A DNA stretch of 64,000 bases, taken from Octopus bimaculoides. Its lineage: Eukaryota. The position numbers were made by a program, and so were the translations under genes. Location: NCBI RefSeq assembly GCF_001194135.2, contig NC_068988.1:92023713-92087712 (forward strand). The letters run 5' to 3'. Positions 52,061 to 64,000 of the stretch are shown piece by piece. The notes under the pieces are model-generated. The model was not told the origin of the DNA. It saw only the letters and a program-made list of their open reading frames with translations, and did not search any database. How positions within the stretch are numbered: position 1 is the stretch's first letter; each line of letters starts with the position of its first letter.

Positions 52061-53918
52061 TACTTTCCTTCAGACTGTCCTATTGTTAAAAAAAATCCTG
52101 GCCTAAATAATAAAAACTAGAAAATTTTATCAAACCCATCATTTGTATTGCTAATTAACTTGTCAGTGGTGAAATCATTTGAGTGTTAGGCATTTATAAC
52201 AAAATTAAATGTGGACCTTCACAACAAGTAAACATTCTCAAATTTGAGATGCACAAACATGAGAGTAGAGCAAGGAAGACCAAGAGGCTATGGGTTAAAT
52301 TAAGCTTCTTATATGACTAACTGTGCAGATGGCCTACAGCAATAGAAGACTAAATTACTGTAAACTTATGGCTAATCACTTAGGTGTTCTGAGTTCAAAA
52401 CCCACTGTAACTGGCTTTGCCTTGAAATCTATCTGGGTCAAGAAAATTATCGTTTATATCTTCCCCTGAGTGACAAACATAATGGTTCAATTAACACCAC
52501 TGTGGAAGTACTGAGTACATGGAACTGAAGATTAGCTTCGTATTTTTTAACAAAATACTGAAACTTTCAGCATCTTTATTCCCTTCAATACTCACATGCA
52601 AATTGAATAATGAATTTCACTGTTTAGAAAATATATAATGATAATAACGATTTAGTATGGCGATATAAAACCATACTAACCTAAAACCAATATAAAATAA
52701 AAACTATATAAATGCTGTTTCATATTTGCCACTGATATTCAGTTGTGAATCATGCTTGTCCTAATACTATTTAACAAAATACAGAAATTAAAATAACACA
52801 TTTATGTAAGATGGATAAATGCAGGAACAGATATGTGGTTAAAAACTTTTGCATTTGAAGTTTTAAGAGAATTTTGGGTCAATGCAATCCTTGAGACTTG
52901 GTGGCCAGAAACTGTCTTGAAGCCTGTCAAATGTACTGTTCCTGTAATTCAAATGGCCAACCTTGTCACATTGACTGTGTCACACCAAATCTGCATAAGA
53001 TTTAACAAGGGCCATGTATCTGTCCAGTACTCAACGACTTACATTAAGGTTGAACAAAGGAGTTATTTAGCAGACCAAATAACTAGAATACCAACCATGA
53101 AAATCAGTGGAGATTCACATACATCACATATACATTCAACCTCTAAGAAACAGAAAACAAATTTCCCTCAAACCACTGTTAGCCCCTAACATTCACTACT
53201 GTGTTCATACTATGTGATCCTGTATACACTAAATGTCGGAGTACATTTGATCATGAGATCTGCAGGATCCAGCTGACCTTAGGTTAAACCAAAACAGCTA
53301 CAGCCACTAATACTAATTACAGTATTATGTGCATGAGATAAAGTAGCCCAAGATACATAATTTGGTCAGAATAAGATACAATGGCCATGGTTGGAACTCT
53401 ATTTTTGGTTTGCTGGATAAGGGCTGACAGAGTTAAACAACAACTAGCAAGTAGGTACACTGTAAAATCATAATTTTTATTTAAGAAAAAGACAAAACAA
53501 AAATGTTTTGCTTTTTAATCGTGTGGAACAATTCCTACAATATTTCCTGTCTAAATTCAGTTTTTTATTAGGGTTTGAAACTGCCAGGTAAAAATTTTAC
53601 ATTTACTGAATTATCTATGGTACTAATTTAGCATACTGAGTTACTAACTCACTATCAGGAGCAGCTCAAGGTAATAGCAACTCAGGCAGTCACTTGGGGC
53701 GCCAAGAAGGCCATGATAAAGACAGAAATTTCCATGACCATCAGCTTGTACACGCCGAAGTTCAGCTTGTCCGAGGTGCCAGCAACACAAGGGCCAGCCC
53801 TGCTCGCTATCCCTAGATCCTTTGAGTACCATGCCTCTAATTACACCGATCCTAAAACAGGGAGTTACTGGTTATAAAGCACCTTAGAATTCTGACTTAC
53901 TGCTTATAGGTAGCTTAA

Positions 53919-54139
53919 CCCTTTAACATTCAGATTAGTTTGCCAAGTGTAATGCTTATATATTCACATAAATTTGAATTAACTCATGCATTGTCATGTA
54001 GCATTGAGACTTCAATGATATGATTGTTTATTTTTAGAATGACATTGCTGTGTAGGTGTGAGAGGCTGGATCTGGTCAGTTTGTGCATAAAACAAGTAGG
54101 ATATTCAGGCCAGATGTGGGAGATTGAAATGGTAAAGGG
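53919..54139 (+). mobile_element. piggyBac-type MITE (family 1)
   Basis: TTAA-ccctttaacattc ... aatggtaaaggg-TTAA. Confidence 0.85.
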
Positions 54140-55319
54140 TTAAAATAAAAACTGAATCACTAATTATGTAGTAACTTAAGATAATGAGTCACAAGTTATA
54201 TAGTACCTTAAAACAAGGAGTTACTGATTGTACAGAACCTTAAAATAAGTCACTAGGCAATAACAACTTAAAATACTGAATCACAGAAGTTGTAATAAGA
54301 TCTAAACACTGACTCCAATATAGTATATTGGAACACTAATTTAATAGTTACATAAACACCTCAAAAGACTCAACAAACTTTGCTCAGAACACTGGTTCAC
54401 TAGCTAAGTCCTCACCCCCCTCTTTAGAAATAATATTTAACTTTAGCTGTATAGGTTTAACAATGTCTGATTTTGTTGTCTGCAAGAGATAAAAGAATAT
54501 CTGAAAGCTCCATGAATATATAATGTTGCTGTAAAGTAGGATGTACCATGCCACAAAGCCAAGCTGAACCTCAAACACTTAGTGCTAATATTTTATAGAA
54601 GTCAGCACAAATGGAGCCATATTCAATATTATCAACAACATATTTTCTCACATAACTAGAAACATCAAAGAACTACAATTTTTTTCTTTAGCTAAGGTAA
54701 AATCCAGAATCTTCTACTAATTCTACTACTGGCACCTATAAACTCTTTTAAAATAGATTTGATATGATTTTGAAAAATCTATCAATAATCAGTAATGTAA
54801 GAGAAAAAAATCAATATTGGATCTGAAAGAGTATATAACAAGGTGTATTGCTAAAAACCCACAGCCTGATGAAATTTTGTGGCTGTTTTCATCTGGCGAA
54901 AATAAGTGAATAAAATCATGGAAAGGTGAATTCTCATATTTTGTTTGGGCAGTGCCTTTCTTTGGAGTAAAAATAAACGTGTGTATAATTAATGAGGTTA
55001 AAACTGAATAACAATTAGTTGAAAATAAATGATACAAAAAAAAAAACTTTATTTAAAACAATGTTTTAATATACTGTTGATATGTCACCCACCTCTGTAG
55101 CAACTGAGGTTAATGAAGGGGGCAAATGAGTAAATAAAAATCCAGGCAAGATAGACAAGTTGTTAGGAGGAGGGTTAAAACAGAGAGAGAGAGAGAGAGA
55201 CCTATAACTGATAGGAGAAAATCAATAGAGAAAGAGTTGTCTGAAAATAGCTGAGATAGTGTAGGAGGAGGTACAGAGAAAAACTATCATTACTGCTGCT
55301 TTCAATAGCAGTCATTGTT

Positions 55320-55435
55320 TTATTAGAGCTAGTAGTAGTGGTGGTGATGGTGATGGTGGTGGAAGTAGTAGTTGTAGTGATAGTAGTAGTAGTAGTAGTA
55401 GTGGTAGAAGCAGTAGCAGTAGTAACAACACCCAT
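55320..55435. repeat. (GTA/GTG)n trinucleotide tract
   Basis: Direct inspection. Confidence 0.9.
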
Positions 55436-57069
55436 AGTTGAAGCAGTACAACCAAAGTGGATTTAAAAGAGGGGTTAAAAAAAAAAAAAAAAAAAAGGGT
55501 GAGGGGATTCACCACCAACACCACCTCTGAAAATGACAACCTCTGAAAATTCCTTAAGCAGCAAAATTATAAAAAAAAAAAAAAGAGAGAGAGAGAGAGA
55601 GAATGGAGAGACAAGAAAGGTTTTACATCTGAAAACAACAACAACAACAGCAGCAGCAAAAATGACGTCAGGCTAGCTTCTCCTCCTCCCCCTCCCCGAC
55701 CATCACCTCCCCCATCTCGTCCATACTCATACTTAAGCTCCCTCCTGCTTTCTCTATACATCTCTCTCCACATGGATTCATGCCATTTACCAGCCTCCCT
55801 GCTATTGATTTTATTTGACTCATCCTTCACATACCACAATAGAAGCAGCTTGCCATTTTACCCAACAAAAATAAGAATTATCTACCTAGTCAATAGTGTA
55901 GGTTGGAGCCAAGCTATCTTGCTATATATATGTGATATCTAACAAATATTTGTCTGCTGAAGAAACACACACACACAGAGGAAAGCAGAGTGGGGGAGAT
56001 AAAGAATGTTTTGGGTTTAAGGGGGTAAATATTAGGATGAATAGCTATGACTTGGAGAAAAAAAATGCTTAAGAGTTTGATTAGGACAATCATTTAAAGT
56101 TGATATGTAATGATGAAACAGCAATAAGTCTGGCTAATTAATCAAACACCAGAGATTGTTTTCAATGAAACAATATTTTCTCATGTAAAAGTAAATATTG
56201 ATATTTGTAATGATAAGTAACATAGGAGTTGTGGAGTTCATGCCTAGCTTAAGAAATAATTAGGTCGTTAATTTTTAAAGATTAACAAATTTGGTTTATT
56301 TCTGACAATGTAAAAACAAATGTTGTAGGATGATTAGAGTAACTGCTACTACTCCTTGATAATTCTGTTTCACCTACCCACATGACCCAGCTAGCAAAGC
56401 AGTACTTGGTGGGGTTGGTTCTTCATGACCCTCCAAGAATAAATACTTGGACACAAGAGAAATAGGTCAGTGAACAATAGATACAAGGAGAGAGTGAATA
56501 CACACACACACACATCATAGGGGTTACAAAGGGACACTTAGAGGAAATATGAGAAAAATGCTGAGATTAAGAGTAATTTCATGCAGACTTTTAAGATACA
56601 CACAGCGATAAGCCTGATTTGAGAGAAATTAAATGTTTCCAGCAAAATTGTAAAAACGTTAAGGAACCTGTACAATGTGAAGTTGTCTAATTAAATATAT
56701 GTCTAATTAGTTTTATAATCCACTATAAATGGTGATTTATATGATATGAAAATTATCAGAGTAAATGTGAAAAGGTGATAATAATCTCTGACTAGAATGG
56801 AATTGTTCTGTTAAGCCCAAGCTTCAGTATTAAATATCAGCAATAAATAGGGGGACTATTGATTTTTGAAAGCATGTTTTTATTTAAGGATCATCTGCCA
56901 CTAAACTGAATACCGAAGGGTTAAAGTAGATCATCCTCCTCATCATCATCACCATTTTACTTCTGTTTTTGTAAATTGGCATGAACTGGACAGTCTAATG
57001 GTCTCTGCCAGATTTTCTGCATATGGGATACCTGTTTTATCTACCTTAGTGTGACAGAGATAATCCTTC

Positions 57070-57600
57070 CTGAACAGCAAGGAGGTGTGATTGCCCTTTG
57101 TTGGGCATGTTTTTCCACACCTCATCTCTTTGACTGAGCTAAAGTTCTGGATCAAAAACCAAGACTAGGAACCTTGGCATCTGCTGTGTTTTCAGCTGCT
57201 TACAGCTCTATATCAATTCGGCAATGCCACTAGTGAGACTTCTATATCAACATTGCAGGGAAATACTGGGCATTGAGGAGAATGAAATGACTGGCCTGTT
57301 CTGGGGGGCTTTCAACTGGTTACAGTATGGAAAACTTTAACAAGTCCCTAGCCTGGGAGTGTTACTGGGAGTAAGGGCCAGCTGCGATAAATTTTACAGG
57401 CACAGATATGCACTCTTCTTTCAGTGTCCAAAACTTGCTAACTTGTGGAATTTTGTTCAATTGCTGTCGTTACATATGATGGCTCTGGTTACCAGCAGCA
57501 CCCATTCATTATGAAGTTTTCCTCAATATAAAGCAAAAGAGGTAGGACAGGGGTTGCAAATGAAAGGAAAGACAAACACTTTCCTCTTCATTCAAGTCCT
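57070..57600 (+). mobile_element. Older Tx1/L1 LINE fragment related to 33184-34563
   Basis: Shares ctcatctctttgactgagct and downstream blocks with 33598-33900. Confidence 0.75.
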
Positions 57601-57720
57601 TTCAGATTCAACTAGAAGGAGATAGAGTAGTACTTCCCTCTTCTAACTCTTTTGATCCTACCCCACCCAAGACTGTCCCCTGGTTTTATGATACAGACTT
57701 GCTGTTTTAAGGTGATTTTA

Positions 57721-58026
57721 CCCTTTAGCATTCAGATTATTTTCTCAGGCATAATGCTTATTTATGCAAATCAGCTTGAGTTAATCAGGCATCATCTCGC
57801 TGCTTCTAGATTTCAATGATGTGATTGTATATTTTTAGAATGACATTGTAGGGTATGTGTGAGAGGTTTGAATCTGGTCAGTTTGAATATGAAAAATGTT
57901 CTTCCAAAATTTCTTATGCCCCAAACACTAGTATAATAATAAGTTACTTTACTAAATTTTTTGTTATTTCCAAAATTAACTGAAACAAAGGTAATGTACT
58001 TCGACAGAAAAAGGGTAACAAAAGGG
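57721..58026. mobile_element. Composite piggyBac-type MITE (family 1 left part joined to a family 2 end)
   Basis: ccctttagcattcag start; aaaggg-TTAA end; the second half is an inverted family 2 sequence. Confidence 0.65.
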
Positions 58027-59244
58027 TTAATGGCGAAAGGTGAAAGTGACAAACAACCTGAGTGAATGAACCAACTCTCACCATGTACCACTGGGACAAG
58101 GAATGAAAGCTAGGAGAAAGTACTGGCCCTTAGAAACCAGGGTCATCCTGGATCTGTGAGGCTCTGAGACTGGGATATTACAATATTTTGTATACTGTAT
58201 CATTACTGTTCGTCTGATTCCTAAGTGAACACCCACACTTTCTGTAACTTGTCCCTGTAATGTTCTCACAGTTATTGAATCTGTTACAATAAAAACTAAT
58301 AAAGAGACAAATATATAAAAAAGAAACTTTTGTAAAAGTACATCACACTCATCTAAGTCTGGTTGATGAATGCTAAAATTAAAGCAACTTCAGAAAAAAT
58401 ATTTCCAAATGCTTTTTTTTTTTTTCTGAAATTTTAATAAGAGAAAGCTGTTCTCCCAAGAAAATACTATCCTATGAATCATTTTAAAGTTTAGTCAAAA
58501 TGGAATTTATTTTCAATTATCAAAAATAAATATCTGTAAAACATTAGGGGTTAATCAAGTTTAAAAAACAAAAACAAAATCACACATCTAATATTAAACC
58601 ATATTGAGACAGAAAGATTAAGTTATTAAATTTCTAAAAAAATTATCAATGAAATTAGAAATATATTTTAGTATTCTGATGAAAAAAAAAAGGGGGGAAA
58701 AGATGTTTAGTGTTCAACTGTCTAGTTTTAAAGGAAAGAAGAAAGTTTAAGACTGAAAACTAAAAGTACATTTGAACCTATTGTCAGTCTGCTGAGGATA
58801 GGGTTCTGTTCAGTGAGCTACACACAGTGGGGTATACATAAATAAATATATATATATATATATACATACATACATACATACAGGCACAAAGGGGAAGTTG
58901 ATAAGGAGCAGATATGTTACATCTGGATTAGGAAGTTTTGATTAATTGGGTTTTCAGTTTAACTGGCATAAACAGATTACAATATATAACTTAAATAAGT
59001 TATAGACTTTATTCTTCAACAAAGATATACTTTCATCAACCATAGGGGTATCAAATACTTTAAGGTACCACAAAGTTATTGAATCACAGGTGTCAGATAC
59101 CTATAACAAAAAAGCCACTACTATATAATCTTAGACCATAAAAATACTTCATAGTTTTCATGAATAAAACAAGTCAAATGTTGCTAATGAAAAGATTCAA
59201 TAAGTACAAAATAACATTAAACTAATGTGGACAATTAGAGTGCA

Positions 59245-59940
59245 GGTGTGGCTGTGTGGTTAAGAAGCTTGCTTCCCAACTATGCAGAGATACAGCACTG
59301 TGTGCACATTGGGCAAGAGTTTTCTTTCTATCATAGCCCCAGGCCAACCAAAGCCTTGTGGATGGATTTGAAAGATGGAAATTCAAAGAAGCCTATTTTG
59401 TACATACACACACACATTATATATATATGTATATGCATATATATATATATATATATATATANNNNNNNNNNNNNNNNNNNNNNNNNNNNNNNNNNNNNNN
59501 NNNNNNNNNNNNNNNNNNNNNNNNNNNNNNNNNNNNNNNNNNNNNNNNNATAATATATATATATAAACATATTTGGGTACTGCTTCTTTCAGTCATTTGA
59601 CTGCAATCATACTGGGGCACTGCCTTGAAAGTTTTTAGTCAGACAAATGCACCCCAGAACTTTTTTTTTAAGCCTGGTACTTATTCTATCAGTCTCTATT
59701 GCTGAACTGCTCAAGTTGCAGGAACAAACAAACCAACACCAGTTGTCAAGCAACTGGAGGAACAACCACAAATACATACAGATAAATATATGCGAGGGAC
59801 TTCTTTCAGTTTCCATCTACCAAATTCACTCAGAAGTCCTTCATTAGCCCAAATAGTAGAAGACACTTCTACAAGGTGCCAAGCAGTGGGACTGTACTGG
59901 AACCGACTGGTTGGGAAGCAAACTTTTTAATATACAGCCA
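59245..59940. mobile_element. Two SINE family B copies in convergent orientation around a gap (59462-59549)
   Basis: Plus-strand head at 59245-59400; minus-strand copy at 59575-59940. Confidence 0.8.
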
Positions 59941-60619
59941 CACACACATGTCTGTGAGAATTTGTAAATATATTTACATGTGTGTTTGTTCCTCACAATT
60001 GCTTGATAATTGATAAAAATTAAAATACCAATTGTAAGAAAACATTTCTAAATTTTTTATATTTTCTACACTTTTTTCTATACCAGCAATGTAAAATAAT
60101 ACAAGTGAACTAGCTATAGTCCAAACTCAAGCTTAGGTAGTCTATGAAGAGTTTTATGTCCTGTACTGGATAGAGGGATAGAGTATTGTATGTGGTGGGC
60201 TGCCAGGAAGTTTCCCTGTGTACCTTCTCCTGAAAAAGATTGTGCATCACTCGTGTATACATGACAATACAAAAACTATATAGCCCAATGAATATAGCCT
60301 ACAAATGAAGGATTTATTGCCTACCTCGTGTGAATTTTACAATACTTTAATCAGTCTGTGGGACATAGCAAGCAAACTTCTCTAAGAAAAATTACACTGA
60401 GTAGAGATAAGCATTTTGTACTAAGTTTTACATTTCAACTAAAACTCATGAAATGACATAAGCAAATGTTTTACTCATGTGTCTGTGCGTACATGTACAA
60501 ACACATATAAAACAGCAGTTTGTCATATTAACTAGTTTGTCTTCAAAAGGTTAATACCGTTTATTTTTCTGGGTAGAAAACAAACACTAAGAGACCTAAA
60601 CACACACACATAATGCACA

Positions 60620-60795
60620 TGTATGTATGTTTTAAAATACACTGCATGTGCATTTCAGTTAATTTCGAAAATGATGAATTTAGTAAAATATGTCATGATG
60701 AAGCCTGTGTTTGGAACATGTATTAAAATGCAATTCTGATAAATGATTTTAATCTAGAACCAAGGACAATCTCAGACGGGTTGGTATCAAAAGGG
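60620..60795 (+). mobile_element. piggyBac-type MITE (family 2), right part
   Basis: Family 2 body ending aaaaggg-TTAA. Confidence 0.55.
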
Positions 60796-61577
60796 TTAAA
60801 GTGAAATGTACTCTTGCACAGAGTACCGATCACATGGAAGCAGAAGAAGCCAAAAGAAAAAAACGAGAAAATGTGTGGGAAGTTCAAATTTAAGATCATC
60901 AAGTCTCAGAGAAGAGATAATGAAAAAGTGAACCAATTGGTGTACCCTTTCAATTACAGCCAGCATGGGAACACTTCATGTTAAATGTTAACAGATACAT
61001 AATTTGTATATGTGTTTTATACATATGTAAACAGCTTTCAAGTGTCATCCAGAAATATGCAGTGATCATTAATATTTTTATTATGTAGAAACTTTAGCTA
61101 TATCACACAAACTAACATACCGTTGATTTTATATATTGTATGAGGTAATAAATAGCTTACTTGCAAATTGATAATTGATGGAATTATACAAGTTATTTCA
61201 TAAAGAAATGCAAAAAAAATAGAAGAAAATTATTTGAAGATTGACGAAATTAAATACAAGCAGGACGCATGGAAGGGAGAGAAACGAGAAACGCATACAG
61301 TCCATGTGAATGTAAACATGTGGTTGTTCTCTTATCCTACAACTACTTTTGGTATATAACTCCCTACCATGTCTCACTATTACTGTACTTATGGCCCCCA
61401 ACCAGTAAATATATCCACAACATTACAAAGAAGCTAATCATGCCTGGTAATCACACAAGCATTTGACAGACATCACCGACTAGCCACAATTTCAAAGGCA
61501 GATACCATGCACTCAAGGACCAGGTTATTGATTTAATATTTAATATCTGATTTCATTATAATAATCAACATTTTCAG

Positions 61578-61625
61578 TGTTCATCTTGTCATTCTGAGAG
61601 GAGTTCTGGCACAACTACATCATAG
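61578..61625 (+). CDS. Candidate 48-nt symmetric internal exon (VHLVILRGVLAQLHH)
   Basis: Acceptor caacattttcag| and donor ATAG|gtgagt; open frame; length divisible by 3. No homology recognised. Confidence 0.25.
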   Translation, partial: CSSCHSERSSGTTTS

Positions 61626-61819
61626 GTGAGTTTGCTCTAGGAACAACAGAAGGTGTAACCAGACCAACAAAAATGTGTTTTGAGCAAGAGTTATTGATAA
61701 GAATCTACTTTTGGTTATCCCTTTGGATCTCAACTATATAGAGGTGGTAGATGTCCAGTTATAGTAGTTTCTGCTACATGTGTAAATACGTAAATAGAAA
61801 TCACCACTAATCCCAAAGA

Positions 61820-62010
61820 AACAGAAAATCATGAAAAAATATCATTGTTCCAAAAATACTTTTGTTTCATCCAAAAGAAAAGATTTGAAAATGTAGATCT
61901 TTTTGATGGTCACTCATCTAAACAAATTAAATACTGGACTAATGCTTATTATGGGAACAAAAGGATGCAACTAAGACCTGAGCAATCTGCTTTATCTCAT
62001 GGCACACACA
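61820..62010 (+). mobile_element. Possible pogo-like DDE transposase remnant
   Basis: FQKYFCFIQKKRFENVDLFDGHSSKQ resembles the pogo LLI.DGH.SH catalytic segment. Confidence 0.35.
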
Positions 62011-63344
62011 TTTAATTTATTTTGTACACCAATTCTAGTGAGTATCTTTATTTACTATACTCACATGGACCATCACTGATATACCAGTTCTAAACATAGC
62101 AATCCATTTACTACATCTATATTAGTTGTAATCAACCACCCTCTTCTACATTTGAGGCTATATATTACTTACCCTACATTATGTGTTACAGCTTTCTATA
62201 ATATAATACAGATACACCACTTCCCAAACACAAGAAGCTTATGCTTCCACTTGCCAAGGTGCTACTATGGTTTTAATAGATTAATCGTAATATAGATGTT
62301 AATCATTTAAAACTATTTTCGCTGTCTCCTTATAGTTATACACATCTATCTTATGTAAATAAACACCCAGTTGTAATTTACATAAGTACATTTGTTATAC
62401 ACCTGTCTCCCTGTTGTTAAATGCCTGTTATATATGCGCCCCTCTTCACATTCTATGAATACTTCTCTGTAAAATAAATAATAGTGGGTACCTGTGGAAA
62501 ATTCACAGGTCATAAACATTCAGTTTTATAGTTAATTAACCATGGTAAACTATATATAAAAGGATTAATTGAATGAAATATATGTTCTTTATCATTTAAT
62601 AAAAAATAAATATACATAAAATTACACACACACAATTATATACAAGTCATGCAATTCACACATGAACAGTTAAACTTTTTATGAAGTATTCATCTTAACT
62701 AAATGACCTGTCAGTGTTTCAGCAAGATAGGGATAGTGAAGTATCATGTCCATGTGGGGTGGGATCAAACCAAGAGAGGGGACTACCAATTATATTAGTA
62801 TACACGTCCCTCTACATCAAGTGCCTGTTTATAACACGTGTGTTATGTACTGTTACACACCCACCTGTTTCCCTAAGTACCTAATATATGCACCTCTGCC
62901 TATCTTCCCTAAGTACCTCTAATACACACCTCTTCCTTCTATAGTCCTAAGTACTTTCACACTACACTTAAGATCTACTACTTTCAACATCACACACTAG
63001 TTCATGACAAGAACACTAATATGAACTGCTCTGTATGTACACCATCATTCTACACATGACTGTACAGGCACCTCTCCTCCAACTCCACAATTTACCTATG
63101 TACAACCTCCACTTACAACATCATCTTTCACTACATATATACATCATTAGCAAAAATATGTAATTGATACATATGAACAAGGAAAACTCTGCATGGCCAC
63201 TCAAATAAGTAAAAATAATAGCCAAATCTCTTTCAATTCTTATACAGAGTCCTCAAAAGATGGAATGTTCAAAACTGGAATGCCTACAAAAAAATACAAG
63301 TATACCTTTACCACTACACATTACAAGTTTGTGTGTGTGTATTC

Positions 63345-63560
63345 ATATGGCTTAGTGGTTAGGGTATTGAGTTCATGATTGTAAGATTGTGGTTTCGATT
63401 CCTGGACCAGGTGATGCATGGTGTTCTGAGCGAAACACCCCATTTCATGTTACTCCAGTCCACTCAGCTGGCAAAAAAGAGTAATTTTGTAATGAACTAG
63501 CATCCTGCCCAGCAGTGGGAAAATATATATATGTAACAGAATCCAAGGAAAACAGGCTTA
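63345..63560 (+). mobile_element. SINE family D
   Basis: tggcttagtggttagg ... ggtttcgattcctgg head; collinear with 23630-23790. Confidence 0.75.
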
Positions 63561-64000
63561 TGATCCTTTAGCTTGGGAAAGACCCTGATCCCTTCTGACA
63601 TATACACATACACATCTGCCTACATACACCTCAGCCACCAAACCATATTTGATTACAAAATTCTGTAGTTACAAATGTAGAAAACAAAGTCAAGTTACTA
63701 TTTCTATGTCCAAAGACATTACAACAAACGCCATGTGTATGGGCTCAATAATAAACTAGTTGAGATGAAGCCAACAACAGGTCTTGGTTTAATTTTTCTG
63801 GTGTTTTACTTAGAAATTGTTACATTAGTAAGTAATGAGGATGATAAACTAGTACATGACTGCACTTTTGGTTTCACAACTGAGTTCAAATCCCACAAGG
63901 ACTGCTTTTATCTTTCAAATCTCTAGGGTGAATAAAGTAACTTTGAGTTGTTGTTCATGTAAAAAGATGTAAGCATATTATTTAGGGTAAAAAATGTAAA

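Noticed and set aside
52833-53189. 118-aa plus-strand ORF
   Set aside because: Appears to be built from degenerate dispersed-repeat fragments; no splice signals or recognisable domain.

Overview
AT-rich, repeat-dense eukaryotic genomic DNA with six N-gaps, mostly beside (TA)n tracts. The repeat complement (tRNA-head SINE families, RTE LINE tails ending in (GAT)n, mariner, TTAA-flanked MITEs) resembles an Octopus (cephalopod) genome; this is inferred, not database-confirmed. I recognise no host protein-coding gene, rRNA, tRNA or CRISPR array. Almost all listed ORFs are microsatellite, gap or transposon artefacts. Best-supported content: two copies of a mariner element, a mariner-derived foldback element, hAT and piggyBac-type MITEs, decayed LINEs (RTE, CR1/L2, Tx1/L1, HERO-like), and a Penelope-like GIY-YIG retroelement at 26.6-29.0 kb with an inverted copy of its own 3' region carrying a minimal hammerhead ribozyme fold. 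A CpG-retaining patch at about 50.2-52.1 kb, with an E2F-like site, lies in otherwise CpG-depleted DNA and may be a promoter, so the flanks may be introns of unidentified genes; a few weak exon candidates are listed. Several perfect hairpins and inverted repeat pairs are candidate dsRNA/ADAR substrates. Repeat boundaries are approximate unless TIRs or TSDs are quoted.
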